Assembly (NCBI RefSeq): GCF_018350175.1
Contig: NC_058368.1
Span: 164,426,001-164,490,000, forward strand
Direction: 5' to 3'
DNA from: Felis catus
Lineage: Eukaryota
Length of the DNA stretch: 64,000 nt
Below, one piece after another: positions 1 to 12,729 of the stretch; position 1 is the first letter of the stretch, and each line of letters starts with the position of its first letter. The notes beneath the pieces are model-generated. The model saw only the letters and a list, made by a program, of their open reading frames with translations. It had not been told where the DNA came from and searched no databases. The translations under genes and the position numbers were made by a program.

Positions 1-104
1 AATGCTAAGATTTCAGGCTTCTGTGGCTGTTAATGCCTGAAATTCAAAGAGGTTTCATTAAAATTGTGTGCATATTCACACACACACACACACATACACA
101 CCAC

Positions 105-3100
105 AAAATGAAATAGAGAAAAAAATAGGGAAGAAAAACAAAACTGAGAGCGGGTTTTTTTTTAACGTTTATTTTTTATTTTTGAGAGAGAGAGACAGAG
201 AGAGAGTATGAGTGGAGCAAGGGCAGAGAAAGAGAGGGAGACACAGAATCAGAAGCAGGCTCCAGGCTCCAAGCTGTCAGCACAGAGCCCAACACAGGGC
301 TTAAACTCATGAACCACAAAAGCATGCTCTGGGCTGAAGTCAGATGGTTAACTAACTGAATCACCCAGGCGCCCCAAAAGCAGTTTTTTTTAAGGTAAAA
401 ATGTTGACAGACATTTAACATAGAAGGGAGAGAGAGGATACTGAAGTAAATAAAATCAGAAATGGAAGAGACTGTTTCTGATAACACCGAAATACGGAGG
501 ATTGTGAGAAACTATGAACAATTTTGTGCAACACATTTTGTAACCTAGAAGGAATGGATAAATTTTTAGAACCACGGCTTGATCATAAAGAAATAGAAAA
601 TCTGAACACACAAACAGCAAATAAGAAGATTCACTCAGTAATTCAAAAACTTTCCAACAAAGAAAACCTCAGGACCAGATGGTTTCACTGGTGAATTTCA
701 CCAAACATTCAAAAATATTAATGCGAGTCCTGCTCACACTCTTCCCCCCAAAAAAATTGAAGAGAGGGAGTATTCCAGACTCATTTTATGAGGCCAGCGT
801 TACCCAGATACCAAAACCACATATGGACACCACACAAAAAGAAAACTATAGACCAAGATTTCTGGTGAAATTAGATCTAGAAATTCTCAACAAAATATTA
901 ACAAACTAAGTTCAACAGCACATTAGAAGGAGCTGACATCATGATCAAGCAGAACTTGCCACTGAGATGCAAAGATAGTTCAATATATGCCAATCAATAA
1001 ATATACACCACATTAATAGAATGAAAGATAAAACTCATGATAATGTCAATAGCTACACAAAACCATTTGGCAAAATACACATTTCATGATAAAAATGCTC
1101 AACAAATTGGGTATAGAAGCATCATATTTCAACATCGTAAAGGTCAATATGACTAGACCACAGCTAACATCATACTTAGTAGTGAGAGGTTAAAAGCTTT
1201 TCCTCTAAGATCAGAAACAAGATAACTGTCACCACTCCCTTCAACATAGTACTGGAGCCAGATCAGTTAGGCAATAAAGAAAAGAAAACACATTCAGATA
1301 GTACAGGAAGAAGTAAAATTTTCTTTGCAGGTGATATGCTCTTATATATAGAAAATCCTAAAGACTCCACCAAAAAGCTGAACAAATTCAGTAGAGTTGC
1401 ATAATATAGAATCAATGTAAAAAAAGTCAGCTGTGTTTCTACACAGTAAGAATGAAATATCTGGAAAAGAAGAAAAACTTCATTCACAGCAGCATCAGAA
1501 ACAATAAAATACTTAGAAATAAATTTAACCAAGAAAATGAAAGATCTGTGCACTAAAAACTATAAGAGTTTAATAAAGGAAATTGAGGATGACACAGACA
1601 AATGGAAAGATAGCCCTTGTGTATTGGTGGTAGTAATGTAAATTGGTGTAGCCACCATGGAAAACAGTACGAAATTTCCTCAAAAATTAAGACACAGACA
1701 AATGGAAAGGTAACCCATGTTTATAGATCAGAAGAATTAATATTGTTAAAATGTCCATATTACTTAAAGACATGTGTATATCCAGGGCAATCCTTATCAA
1801 AATTCTAGTGGCATTTTTCACAGAAATAGACAAAATAATTTTAAAATTTGTATGGAACAACAAAAGATTTCAAATAGCCAAAGCATCCCTGAGAAAGAAC
1901 AAAGCTAGAGACATCACACTTCCTGATTTCAAACCATACTGCAAAGCTATAGTAATCAAAGCAATGTGGTACTGACATGAAAAATAGACACGTAGACAAT
2001 GGAAGGGAATAAGGAATACACAAATAAATTTTCCATATATGGTCAACTAATATTTGACAAGAGACTCAATGGGGAAAAGATAGTTTCTTCAATAAATAGG
2101 GCTGGGAAAACTGTGTAGCCATGAAGAAGAATGAAACTGGACCTCTTTTTAATACTACTCACAATAATGAACTTGAAGTAGTTTAATGACTTTAACATAA
2201 GATCTGAAACCATAAAGTGCCTGGAGGAGTATATAAAGAAAAAGCTCATTGACTTTGATCTTAACATGGATTTTTTTGGATATGACACCAAAAGTAAAAG
2301 CAACTAAAAGCAAAAATTATTAAGTGAGATTAAATCAAACTGAAAAGTTTGTGCACAGCAAAAGAAACAAAATGAAAAGGCACCTCTGGAATAGGATAAA
2401 ATATTTACAAACCATGTATATAATAAGGAGTTAATATTCAATAAAATATGTAAATAGCTTATACAACTAAGTAGAAAACAAAAACATTCTAATTAAAAAA
2501 TGGGCAGAGGAACAGAATGGACATTTTTCCAGAGAAGATAGTCAGCTGGACAACAGGTATCTGAAAAGGTGCTCACCTTCACTAATCATCAGGGAAATGT
2601 AAAACAAAACCACAGTGAGGTATCACTTCATACCTGTTAGGATTGCTGATAAAGGATAATAAATTGTGAGGATATAGAAGTTAGATAACCCTTGCATATT
2701 TATGATAGTAATGTAAATTTGTGTAGCCACCATGGAAAATAGTATGAAATTTCCTCAAAAATTAAAAAATTAAAATTACCTTATGATACATCAATCTCAC
2801 TTCTGGATATATAGCTATACAATGGAATATTATTCAACTACAAGAAAGAAGGAAATCTTGGCATTTGTGATAACCTAAATAGATCTTAAAAGCATTATGC
2901 AAAGTGAAATAAGTCATATAGAGAAAGACAAATGCTGTATTATATCATTTATATGTGGAATCTGAAAAAAAATTTATAGATACAGAAAGTAGAATGGTGT
3001 ATACCAGGGTCTGGGGGGTATGGTGACAGTGGTGACAGAAAAGGGGAGATATTGGTCAAAATGTATAAACTTTCCTTTGTAAGATGAAAAAGTTCTGGGG

Positions 3101-3186
3101 ATCTAATGTACAGCATGACAATTACAGTTAATAATACTGTATTATATAATTGAAAGTTGCTAAGAGAGTAGACCTTAAGTGTTTTT

Positions 3187-3227
<41 letters not shown>

Positions 3228-3375
3228 TTGGTAATTATATGACGTGAGGGAGGTATTAGCTAAAACTAAGGTGGTAATCATTTTTCAGTATACAAGTGTA
3301 TCAAATCAACATGTTGTTCACCTTAACCTTATATACTGTCATATGTCAATTATATCTCAATGAATCTGGGAAAAA
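105..3375 (+). mobile_element. LINE-1, 5'-truncated, old (L1MA9-like 3' end); decayed ORF2 plus 3' UTR
   Basis: ORF2-like peptides in track (679-909 SFYEASVTQIPKP..KENYRP; 1751-1975 [27 protein letters not shown]). 3' UTR GTTCTGGGGATCTAATGTACAGCATG..TGTCAATTATATCTCAA. Many stops. (CA)n at ~3188-3222. Confidence 0.9.
163..375 (-). mobile_element. Can-SINE (SINEC_Fc2-like) inserted in L1
   Basis: T-rich tail, (GA)n, body GCAGGCTCCAGGCTC..GCTGTCAGCACAGAGCC, ends CACCCAGGCGCCCC (reverse complement of head). Degenerate TSD. Confidence 0.95.
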
Positions 3376-5514
3376 TGTGCACTTTCAATTCCAGGTAAAG
3401 GATTTTAATTGGTTCTGTTAGGTCACATAAATCGAGTGCTCTTATTCACTAGGTTGGGTCTGTCTAGTGACTCCTGTGTGGCAGAAGAGGAAAAGCATTA
3501 CTTCATAGGCCTGCCAGAGGGAGGGGTAGATCCCAGTAATAATATGAAAGAGTTTGCAGAAGTTCAGGCAAAAGTATGTCTACTGTATTCCAGTTCTAAA
3601 TCCATAGTTACTTGTTTAAATGGTTTTCTTTGTTCTCCCCTATCCAATTTATATCATACATTCTCTAAGTGGTTTAAATTATATTTAATTGTATTATCTG
3701 ATGTGCTCTTTATGCATTTTTACCTACCCATATTTTGGGAAATGGTGCATTTCTCCACATCTTCTTTAGGTTTTTACATATTTATTAGGCATCTGCATTT
3801 GAGTAAAATCACTAATTGTCTGATAATAACATTGGTTAGAAGTGCTGCTTTTTTTTGTGAGGGAACTACTTTTATTAAAACCAAAAGATTTTAGAGCTAG
3901 TCAGGACAAATATCCATCATTCAATTTCTTTCTTTTACGCAGCTGAGCTACCTTTTGTGCCACTAACAGTGCTTATTTGAAGGTGTCTCCTTGTACTAGG
4001 CATCAGATCTTTGAACTTTCTTTTTTCTTTCTGTATATAGTTTGATATTAGGTGTCATTGGAGTATAATAAACTGAACATTAAAGGCTTACCTAAGAGAC
4101 CCCATTGGATTTTACCTAATTAACTTTTTCATTCTCTCCCAGGGCTCACTTCATACTCTTTGGGACAATCAGGGTATTACACCACATATTTAATGAAACT
4201 TGTGTATATAGTAGGTCATTGCCTTAAGAAATACTCATTTTACTAAGACAACTGGGAAGACAGACTCTTCAGCTGTTAAGGTAAAATCTTGTCACTGAGG
4301 AGTATTGTGATTGGACACAGCTTTCATATTTATAGTTCTTATATACTTAAGAATATCACAGTAATTTATAGAGCTTTTGGCACATGCGTGTTGATTACTC
4401 TTACAAATAACCAGTCATCAAAATGAACAGTATTTCTGCTGGAGCTGCAATAAAGAATGCTGATTTATTTTTAATACCAAATATACAGTCACCTGTCAGT
4501 TAACTGTATTAATGAAGAGATGGGACACTAAAAATTCTCAGCATTATTTTGACAAATAATTGAAATTTGTCCTTTACTATTTATTCTACTCCAAAAAGCA
4601 AAATTGAATGTCTTGAAGTACATGGTTTTTTGTTTTTCTGAACTTCATTGTGTTAGTGAAGGGAGAAATGGGCAAAAGTCATTCAGCAGAAGGGAGTAGA
4701 AGTCAATGACCTGGATAAATTACAAACTGGATAATGATTTCTGAAATAATCAGGGACCACTGTCTCTCTTCTGAAAGGATGTAAAAGGGAAAATAGTATT
4801 CGTGTTAAATAATAGAGCTAGGTATTACATATTATGGGATAGTATTTATTTCATAATTTCTATTAATTTTACTAATTGTCTATAAAGTTAATCACATTGA
4901 ACTTATATAAAAAGTTAGTAATAATTTTGCAAGGCAGGGTACACGTAAAGAAGAATCTGGTGTAAGAAGTCCTCAGTTCTAGTCCCAGTGGGCACTAATG
5001 TGATATTTTGCTTTGGTTATGTCAAGAAAACTTAACCTGTTGAATGCCCATTCTGTGTCAGTCACTCTGATAATTAACAAAGTTAGGTACACATACGATT
5101 AAGTTATATCTCTACAGTACTGTATAAGTTGTTTTAGGGGAAAGAAGATTTGCATATGAAAAAATTTAATATAGGTTACTATAAAAGAAAGTACTAAGGA
5201 ACAGTAAAAGTTACTAATTACTTCTTAGAAGGAAAGCAGTCAGTCTTTCATTGAAGAAACAATTTATGAAATGTCCCATGTGAGAATGATTCTAAGTTAG
5301 GGAATGTGAAGAAGGACAATAAAAGGTGAGTTAAATAATGATAGTAGAGTAATGTAAGAAGAAATCAGAAAGGTGCTCAAGGATTAGCATTTCACTTTGA
5401 ACTAAAATATAAAAAAAATACAAATTCACATACTGAAATTAAAGTTGGAAGGAAAAAAAAAAACATTTGGAGCCAATTCATACAGGGCTTTGAGTATCAT
5501 ACACTTTAATGGGA

Positions 5515-5660
5515 GAGGATTAGTAACATGGATAAAAGTGCTGCCTGTGAAGTTAGGACTTGATTCCATCTTGGATTTTTAGCTCACTAGCTGTTAAATA
5601 ACCTGAGTACTCTCCATTTGCTCATCTATGGAATTGTAGTATTACTGCTTGGGTTAGCAT
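5515..5660 (+). mobile_element. MIR relic
   Basis: Degenerate MIR core CTCACTAGCTGT..TTTGCTCATCTATGGAAT. Confidence 0.45.
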
Positions 5661-6219
5661 GAAGCCTGGAAAGTGACATTAGAAGTGGGAGATCACACTG
5701 ATATTACAGCGATAGTCCAAGAATTAGGAAATGTAATGTGAATGATGCCAGGTGATAGGGAAATAGCTTTGTAAACCAGAAGAAAAACTTGAAGCTGAAA
5801 TCATCAGTTGGACAGTTTTCCACTGCTCATCCAGAAGGTTTGTAGAAGGGCAAAATTACATAAGTGAGTCTACTAATTCTGGAAAGAATATACCAGTTCC
5901 TAAAGTTAAAAAGAGGCTTCTAAACAATCTGAGTAAAAGAGACAGAGGATGAATATCACTTTTATTTTTATAGAGAAAACACTGAAATTTATTTAAATAA
6001 CTAGTTGTAAGATGTAAACAAATCACCAGATTTTGGAGAAACAAAACTTTATATTAAGTAGTTTCTATTTTAAGAAACAATGACCTCCTTAAGCACTAAA
6101 ATAACCCCTAAATAGTAAATACTATTTATAATAATTGATAATAAATATTGGGAGTCACAACCAACCTGTTAAGTCTTCACTAACTACAATAGTACCCCTA
6201 ATTTAAAAGAAAAGTCCTT

Positions 6220-6436
6220 GGAGGTGCCTGGGTGGCTCAGTTAAGCTTCTGATTCTTGATCTCAGCTCAGGTCATGATCTACGGTTCATGGGTTCAAGCC
6301 CCTTGTCGAGCTCTGTGCTGGCAACATGTAGCCTGCTTGGGATTCCCTCTCTCTTTCTCTCTCTCTATCTGCCTTTCCTCTGCTCATGCATACAAATTCT
6401 CTCAAAAATAAATAAGTAAATAAACTTAAAAAAAAT
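6220..6436 (+). mobile_element. Can-SINE (older, SINEC_Fc3-like)
   Basis: Head GGTGCCTGGGTGGCTCAGTTAAG, CTCAGGTCATGATCT, (CT)n, A-rich tail. Confidence 0.92.
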
Positions 6437-6446
6437 AACAGCCCTA

Positions 6447-9165
6447 AAACATTTAAAGAAAAGTTAATATGTATTCTATTCAAACTATTCAAAAAAAAAA
6501 AAAAAAAAAACAGAAGAGAGAAGAAAACTTCCAAATTTGTTCTTTGATGTTAGTATTACCCTTATACTGAAACATTCAAAAAGATCCTACAAAAAATAAT
6601 CCACAGGCCACAATCTCTGATGAACATAGATGGATAAATCCTCAGTAAAATTTTAGTAAACCAAATTCAACAATACATTAAAAAAAATCATTCACCATGA
6701 CCAAGTTGGATTTATCCCAGGGATGCAAGTGTCGTTCAGCAGTTGCGAATCAACTAATGTGACACATCACATTAACAAGAGAAGGGATTAAAAAAAAAAA
6801 AAACATAGTAGGAACAGATAAAGCATTTGACAAAGTACAATTTCTGTTCATGATAAAAACTTTTCACAAGGTAGGTTAAGAGGGGACATATCACAACATG
6901 GTAGAGACCACACATGAAAAACCCACACCCAGAATCATACTGAATTGTGAAAAACTAAGAGCTTTTCCTCTAAGATCAGGAACAAGACAAGGATGTTCTC
7001 TCTCACCACCACCATGTTTATTCAACATGGTACTGGATGTCCTAGCCAGAGTAAGCAGGTAAGAAAAAGAATTAAGACATCCAAATTGGTAAGGAATAAG
7101 TAAAAGTGTCACTATGTCCAGATGACATAATACTATATATAGAAAATCGTAAATATTCAACCATAAAACTACTGGAACTGATAAATGAATTCACTACTGT
7201 CACAGGACACAAAATTAATATATAGAAATCTGTTCCATTTCTGTACGCTAATAACAAACTATCAGAAAGAAAAGAACATTCTCTTAACATTAACAACTTC
7301 ACCAAAAAGAATAAAATACCTAAGAATAAACTTAACTAAGGGGGTGAAAAACCTGTACTCTGAAAACTATAAGACAATGATGAAAGAAGATAAGGGTGAT
7401 GCAAACAAATGGAAATATATCTGATGTTTATGGATTGAAAGAACAAATATTGATAAATGTCCATACTACCCAAAACAATCTACAGATGTAATGCAGTTCC
7501 TATCAAAATACCAACAGCATTTTTCACAGAGCTAGAATAAATAATAAAATCTGTATGGAACCACAAAGGACCCTGAATAAGCAAAGCTATCTTGAGATAG
7601 AACAAAGCTGGAGGTATCACAGTCCCACTTTTCAAGATAAATTACAAAGGTGTAGTAATCAAAACAATATAGTACTGGCACAAAAATCAGCACATAGGAT
7701 CAATGGAACATGATAAAGAGCTCAGAAATACCATGCTTATATGGCCAGTTAATCTATGACAAAAGAGGTAAGAATATACAATAGGGAAAAGACAGTCTTT
7801 TCAGTAAATGGTAGTGGTAAAACTGGACACCTGGATACAAAAGAATGAGCCTGGACCACTTTCTCAGAATACATGAAAATCAACTCAAAATGGATTAAAA
7901 ACCTAAATGTGAGACCTGAAACCATAAAACTCCAGAAGAAAACATAGGCAGCAGTTTCTTGATATCAGCCATAGAAACATTTTTCTAGGCGCGTCTCCAT
8001 GTCTCCAGAGGCACGGAAAACAACATCAAAAATAAACTATTGGGACTACACCAATGTAAAAAGCTTTTGTAGACAACATAATGGGGGAAGATACTTGTCA
8101 CAATGTCAACATAATGTCAACAGACAACATAATGGGGGAGGATATTTGTAAAAGATATATCTGACAAGGGATAATATTCAAAATATTCTAAAGTCAATAT
8201 CAAAGAACTTGTACAACACAACACCAAACCAACAAATAAACAAAGAATCCAGTTAAAAATGTACAGAGGACCTGAGTAGACATTTTTCCAAAGAAGAAAT
8301 ACATATGACAAACAGACACATGAAAACATGCTCAAAATCACTAATTATCAGGGAAATGCAAGTCAGAATCTCACTGACATAATCATCTTATACCTATGAA
8401 AATGGCTAGAATCAAAAAGACAAGATTTGGAGAAAAAGACACCTTCATACACTGTTGGTTGGAATGTAAATCTATGTAGCTACTGTGGAAAACAAAAACT
8501 AAAAATAGAAACACCATATGATTCCATAATTCTCTGGGGTACTTACCCAAAGAAAACAAAAGCATTACTTCAAAAAGATATAGACACTCTTGTGTTTATT
8601 TAAGCATTATTTATAATGCTACTATGTTGAAAAAACTGAAATATCTTATAGGTAGGTGAACGGTTAAAGAAGAGTGCCGTGTGTGTGTGTGTGTGTTATG
8701 GCATATTAGCCATAAAAAAGAACGATATCTTGCCATTTGTAACAACCTAGATGAACTTGGAGGACATGATGCTAAGTGAAATAAGTCACTCAGATAAAGA
8801 CAAATACCATCTGATTTCACTCATATGTGGAATTTAAGAAACAAAACAAATGAAGAAAGAAAGAAAAGAACATTCTCTTAAATGCAGAGAAGAAATTGAT
8901 GGTTGCCAGAGGGAAGGTTGGTTTGGGGGAAGCGTGAAATAGATAAAGGGGATTCAGAGTTACAACCTTACAGTTATAAATGAGTCACAGAAATGAAAGG
9001 TATAGTGTAGGGAACATGGTCAATAAGATAGTAATAATGTTGTTTGGTGACAGGTGGTGATTATACATTACCATAGTGAGCAATGAGTAATATGTGGAAT
9101 TTTTGGATCATTATGTATACTTGAAACTAATATAACACTATGTTAATTAGGCTTCAGTAAAAAAT
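6447..9165 (+). mobile_element. LINE-1, 5'-truncated (L1_Carn-like)
   Basis: ORF2 RT/C-terminal remnants (e.g. 7185-7424 KRIKYLRINLTKGVKNLYSENYKT). Carnivore-type 3' UTR ending TGAAACTAATATAACAC..CAGTAAAAAA. Confidence 0.92.
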
Positions 9166-10179
9166 CAAATTGTGGTTCTGATGTTAATAATAACAACAAT
9201 AATAGAATATAACAGAAATTTAAAAAATGGTCAATATTTATTGATTACTTACTGTATAATAGGAATTAATAGGTTGATAATCATGCCAGTTAACAGGAGA
9301 GGAGACTCACACTTAGAGAAGTTAAATAATAGTACGTGACCATGCTCCTAGAAAATGGCAGTATGTGTTACTCTGTTTTCTCTTAATGTTCTATTTACTG
9401 CCACTCACAGTGGAACACAGGTTTCACATACCATTTGCAGGTCTTGAGTGAGGACAAAAGTGAGTGAGAACAAAACCAGTTAGGATGAAGAGTAAAAAGC
9501 TAATATGTCTGACTTTATTCCCACCTGTCTCTATGCCAGAAACCAGCTAATACTCAGGACCATTAAACTGTTTTACTGTTTGCCTGATGTCCAAGAGCTC
9601 AAGAACTTCATCACATATTTTTATGATGTTCTCTGTTCCCCATTAGTAATTCTTCTTTTGTATCTTTGGGTGAATATAATAACCAATACAGGAACCTTGT
9701 TGAACACATAATAATAGGAAGTAGAGATAAAAGGGGAAAGAACTATAAGAGGTGATTTTATTTTTATCATTTTCCATGAAAAAATCAACTGTAAGAGAGA
9801 ATATAAGCTATTCAAATCTCTAAAATCAGAGAAAAAAGTAAGCAAATAGGCAAAATGAAACAAAAAAATAGTAGCCCCCCCCAAATTTTTTTCTTCTTTG
9901 GAAATACAAGAATGACATTGTTTTTTTTATAAATCAATTATAGTTACTTTTCTAGATTTTTTTTTTGTTACTAAAATGTCTATATCCATTAGTAAGGATG
10001 TCATTTCAGAAAGCAAGAGAGAATCCCAATGTGTATAAAATATAAAAATAAATAAAACCTACAGGATGAATTTAGATCTTAAAAAAAGGAAAAGAATCAA
10101 AAAGTAGACTGCTCATATACTGCTCCAAAAATAAAATATCAAAAAGTTATTAATGAGTCTTCGGAAATTAATGAAAATA

Positions 10180-10400
10180 GGGGCACCTGGGTGGATCAGT
10201 TGGTTAAGCGTCCAAATTTGGCTCAGGTCATGATCTCATGGTTTGTGAGTTCAAGCCTCATGTCGGGCTCTGTGCTGACAGCTCAGAGCCTGGAGCCTGC
10301 TTCGGATTCTGTGTCTCATTCTCTCTCTGCCCTTCCCTACTTGAGCTCTGTCTCTTTGTCTCTCAAAAATAAATAAATGTAAATTAAAAATTTTTAAAAA
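10180..10400 (+). mobile_element. Can-SINE (SINEC_Fc2-like)
   Basis: GGGGCACCTGGGTGGATCAGTTGGTTAAGCG..GCCTGGAGCCTGCTTCGGATTCTGTG, A tail. Confidence 0.95.
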
Positions 10401-10471
10401 GAAAATAACTAACTTAGTAATAATGCTGTTATACTTTTGAAAAGAACAGATGGTCAGAATCATGGCCAGTA

Positions 10472-12318
10472 ATACAACCCCTATTAAAATAACATCAGCA
10501 TTCTTCACAGAGCTAGAACAAACAATCCTAAAATTTCTATGAAGCCAGAAAAGACCCAAAATAGCCAAAGCAATCCTGAAAAAGAAAACCAAAGCTGGAG
10601 ACATCGCAATTCTGGACTTCAGGCAGTATTACAAAGCTGTAATCATTAAGATAGTATGATACTGTCACAAGAAAAGACACATAGATCAATGGAACAGAAT
10701 AGAGAACATAGAAATGAACCTACAAATGTATGACTAACTGATCTTTGACAAGCAGGAAAGAATATCCAATGGAAAAAAAAAAAACAGTATCTTCAGCAAA
10801 TGGTTTTGGGAAAACTGGATGGCCACATGCAGAAGAATGAACCTGGACCACTTTCTCACACCATACACAAAAATAAACTCAAAATGGACGAAAGACCTAA
10901 ATTTAAGACAGGAAACGATCAAAATCCTAGAGGAGAAAACAGGCAACAACCTCTTTGACGTTGGCCACAGCAACTTCTTATTTGACATGTCTCTGGAGGC
11001 AAGGGAAACAAAAGCAAAAATGAACTATTGGGACCTCATTAAGAGAAAAATCATCTGCACAGTGAAGGAAACAATGAGCAGAACTAAAAGGCAACTGATG
11101 GAATGGGAGAAGATATTTGCAAATGATATCAGATAAAGGATTAGTATCCAAAATCTATAAAGAGCTTATCAAACTCAACACCCCAAAAACAAATAATTCA
11201 GTGAAGAAGTGGGTGAAAGGTGTGAATATACACTTTTCGGAAGAAGATATATGGATAGCTAACAGACACATGAAATGATGTTCAACATCACTCATCATCA
11301 GAGAAATCCAAATCAAAACCACAATGAGATACCACCTCACTCCTGTCAGAATGGCTAACATTAACAACTCGGGCAACAACAGATGTTGGCAAGGATGCGG
11401 CGAAAGAGGATCTCTTTTGCACTGCTGGTGGGAATGCAAACTGGTGCAGCTACTCTGGAAAACAGTATGGAGATTCCTCAAAAAATTAAAAATAGAACTA
11501 CCCTATGACCCCGCGATTTTACTACTAGGTATTTATCCAAAATATACGAGAGTGCTGATTCGAAGGGGCACATACACCCTAATGCTATAGCAACACGATC
11601 CATAATAGCCAAAGTATGGAAAGAGCCCAAATGTCCATCGATGGATGAATGGATAAAGAAGATGTGGTGTATTACACGGCAATCAACAAGAATGCAATCT
11701 TGCCACTTGTAGCATTGTGGATGGAACTAGAGGGTATTATGCTAAGTGAAAAATGTCAGAGGAAGACAAATATCCTCTGATTTCACTCATATTTGGAATT
11801 CAAGAAACAAAACAGATGAATGTAAGGGAAGGGGAGCAAAAATAATATAAATAGAGAAAGGGAGACAAACCATAAGAGACTCTTAAATACAGAGAACAAA
11901 CTGAGGGCTGCTGGTAGGGTGTTGGAATGGGGGAGGGATGTATTAAATGGTGATGGGCGTTATGGAGGACATTTGGGATAAGCAGTGAGTGTTGTATGTA
12001 AGTGATGAATTAATAAATTCTATTTCTGAAATTATTTTTTTTCAACGTTTATTTATTTTTGGGACAGAGAGAGACAGAGCATGAATGGGGGAGGGGCAGA
12101 GAGAGAGGGAGACACAGAATCGGAAACAGGCTCCAGGCTCTGAGCCATCAGCCCAGAGCCTGACGCGGGGCTTGAACTCACGGACCGCGAGATCGTGACC
12201 TGGCTGAAGTCGGACGCTTAACCGACTGCGCCACCCAGGCGCCCCCTATTTCTGAAATTATTATTACACTATATGTTAACTAATTTGGATTTAAATTAAA
12301 AAAATAAAACAAAAAGAA
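10472..12318 (+). mobile_element. LINE-1, 5'-truncated (feliform-type) with perfect 16-bp TSD
   Basis: TSD AGAATCATGGCCAGTA at 10456-10471 and 12319-12334. ORF2 C-terminal peptides (10819-11136; 11324-11590 [20 protein letters not shown]). A-rich tail. Confidence 0.95.
12037..12245 (-). mobile_element. Young Can-SINE (SINEC_Fc-like) nested in L1 3' UTR
   Basis: TSD CTATTTCTGAAATTATT at 12020-12036 and 12246-12262. Many CpGs retained. Confidence 0.97.
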
Positions 12319-12413
12319 AGAATCATGGCCAGTAGGATAAAACTAAGCCTAGCTGATAAAAATATGAGTTCAAACTTAACAGGAATGTAACAAATGAACA
12401 AAAATTTGTTTTC

Positions 12414-12626
12414 TTTCTTTTTTAAAAGTGTATTTATTTTGAGAGAGAGAGGGAGAAAAGAGGGCATAAGTTGGGGAGGGGCAGAGAGAGAGGGAGTGAG
12501 AAACCCAAGCAGGCTCACACTGACAGTACAGAACCCCATGTGGGGCTTGAACCAACAAACCGAGCAATCATCACCTGAGCTGAAATCGAGTTGGTCACTT
12601 AATCGACTGAACCACCGAGGCACTGC
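12414..12626 (-). mobile_element. Can-SINE (older)
   Basis: SINE body. TSD AAAAATTT(G/A)TTTTC at 12400-12413 and 12627-12640. Confidence 0.9.
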
Positions 12627-12729
12627 AAAAATTTATTTTCCTAACTACAAAAATAGATATGTTGGCTGAGAAATGAAATGTCAGGAAGTATCATTTCATC
12701 TTTTAATGAGGGAAGTATGTTTAATTTTA

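Noticed and set aside
176..487. Recurring ..AQSLEPASDSVSPSLS.. peptides in many ORFs
   Set aside because: Translation of the Can-SINE body, not a gene family.
1591..1720. Repeat-spacer-repeat patterns resembling a CRISPR unit (also 8071, 31297)
   Set aside because: Only two copies each, mammalian DNA, and the spacers derive from local sequence. Better explained as duplication or repair scars.
3409..3894. Longest ORF in the track (161 aa)
   Set aside because: Non-ATG start, F/L/S-rich composition typical of AT-rich non-coding DNA, no recognisable domain or splice context.
4143..4280. Possible plus-strand exon after TTCTCTCCCAG
   Set aside because: No through reading frame and a weak donor.
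12180..12245. tRNA-like A/B-box sequences
   Set aside because: tRNA-derived SINE heads, not tRNA genes.
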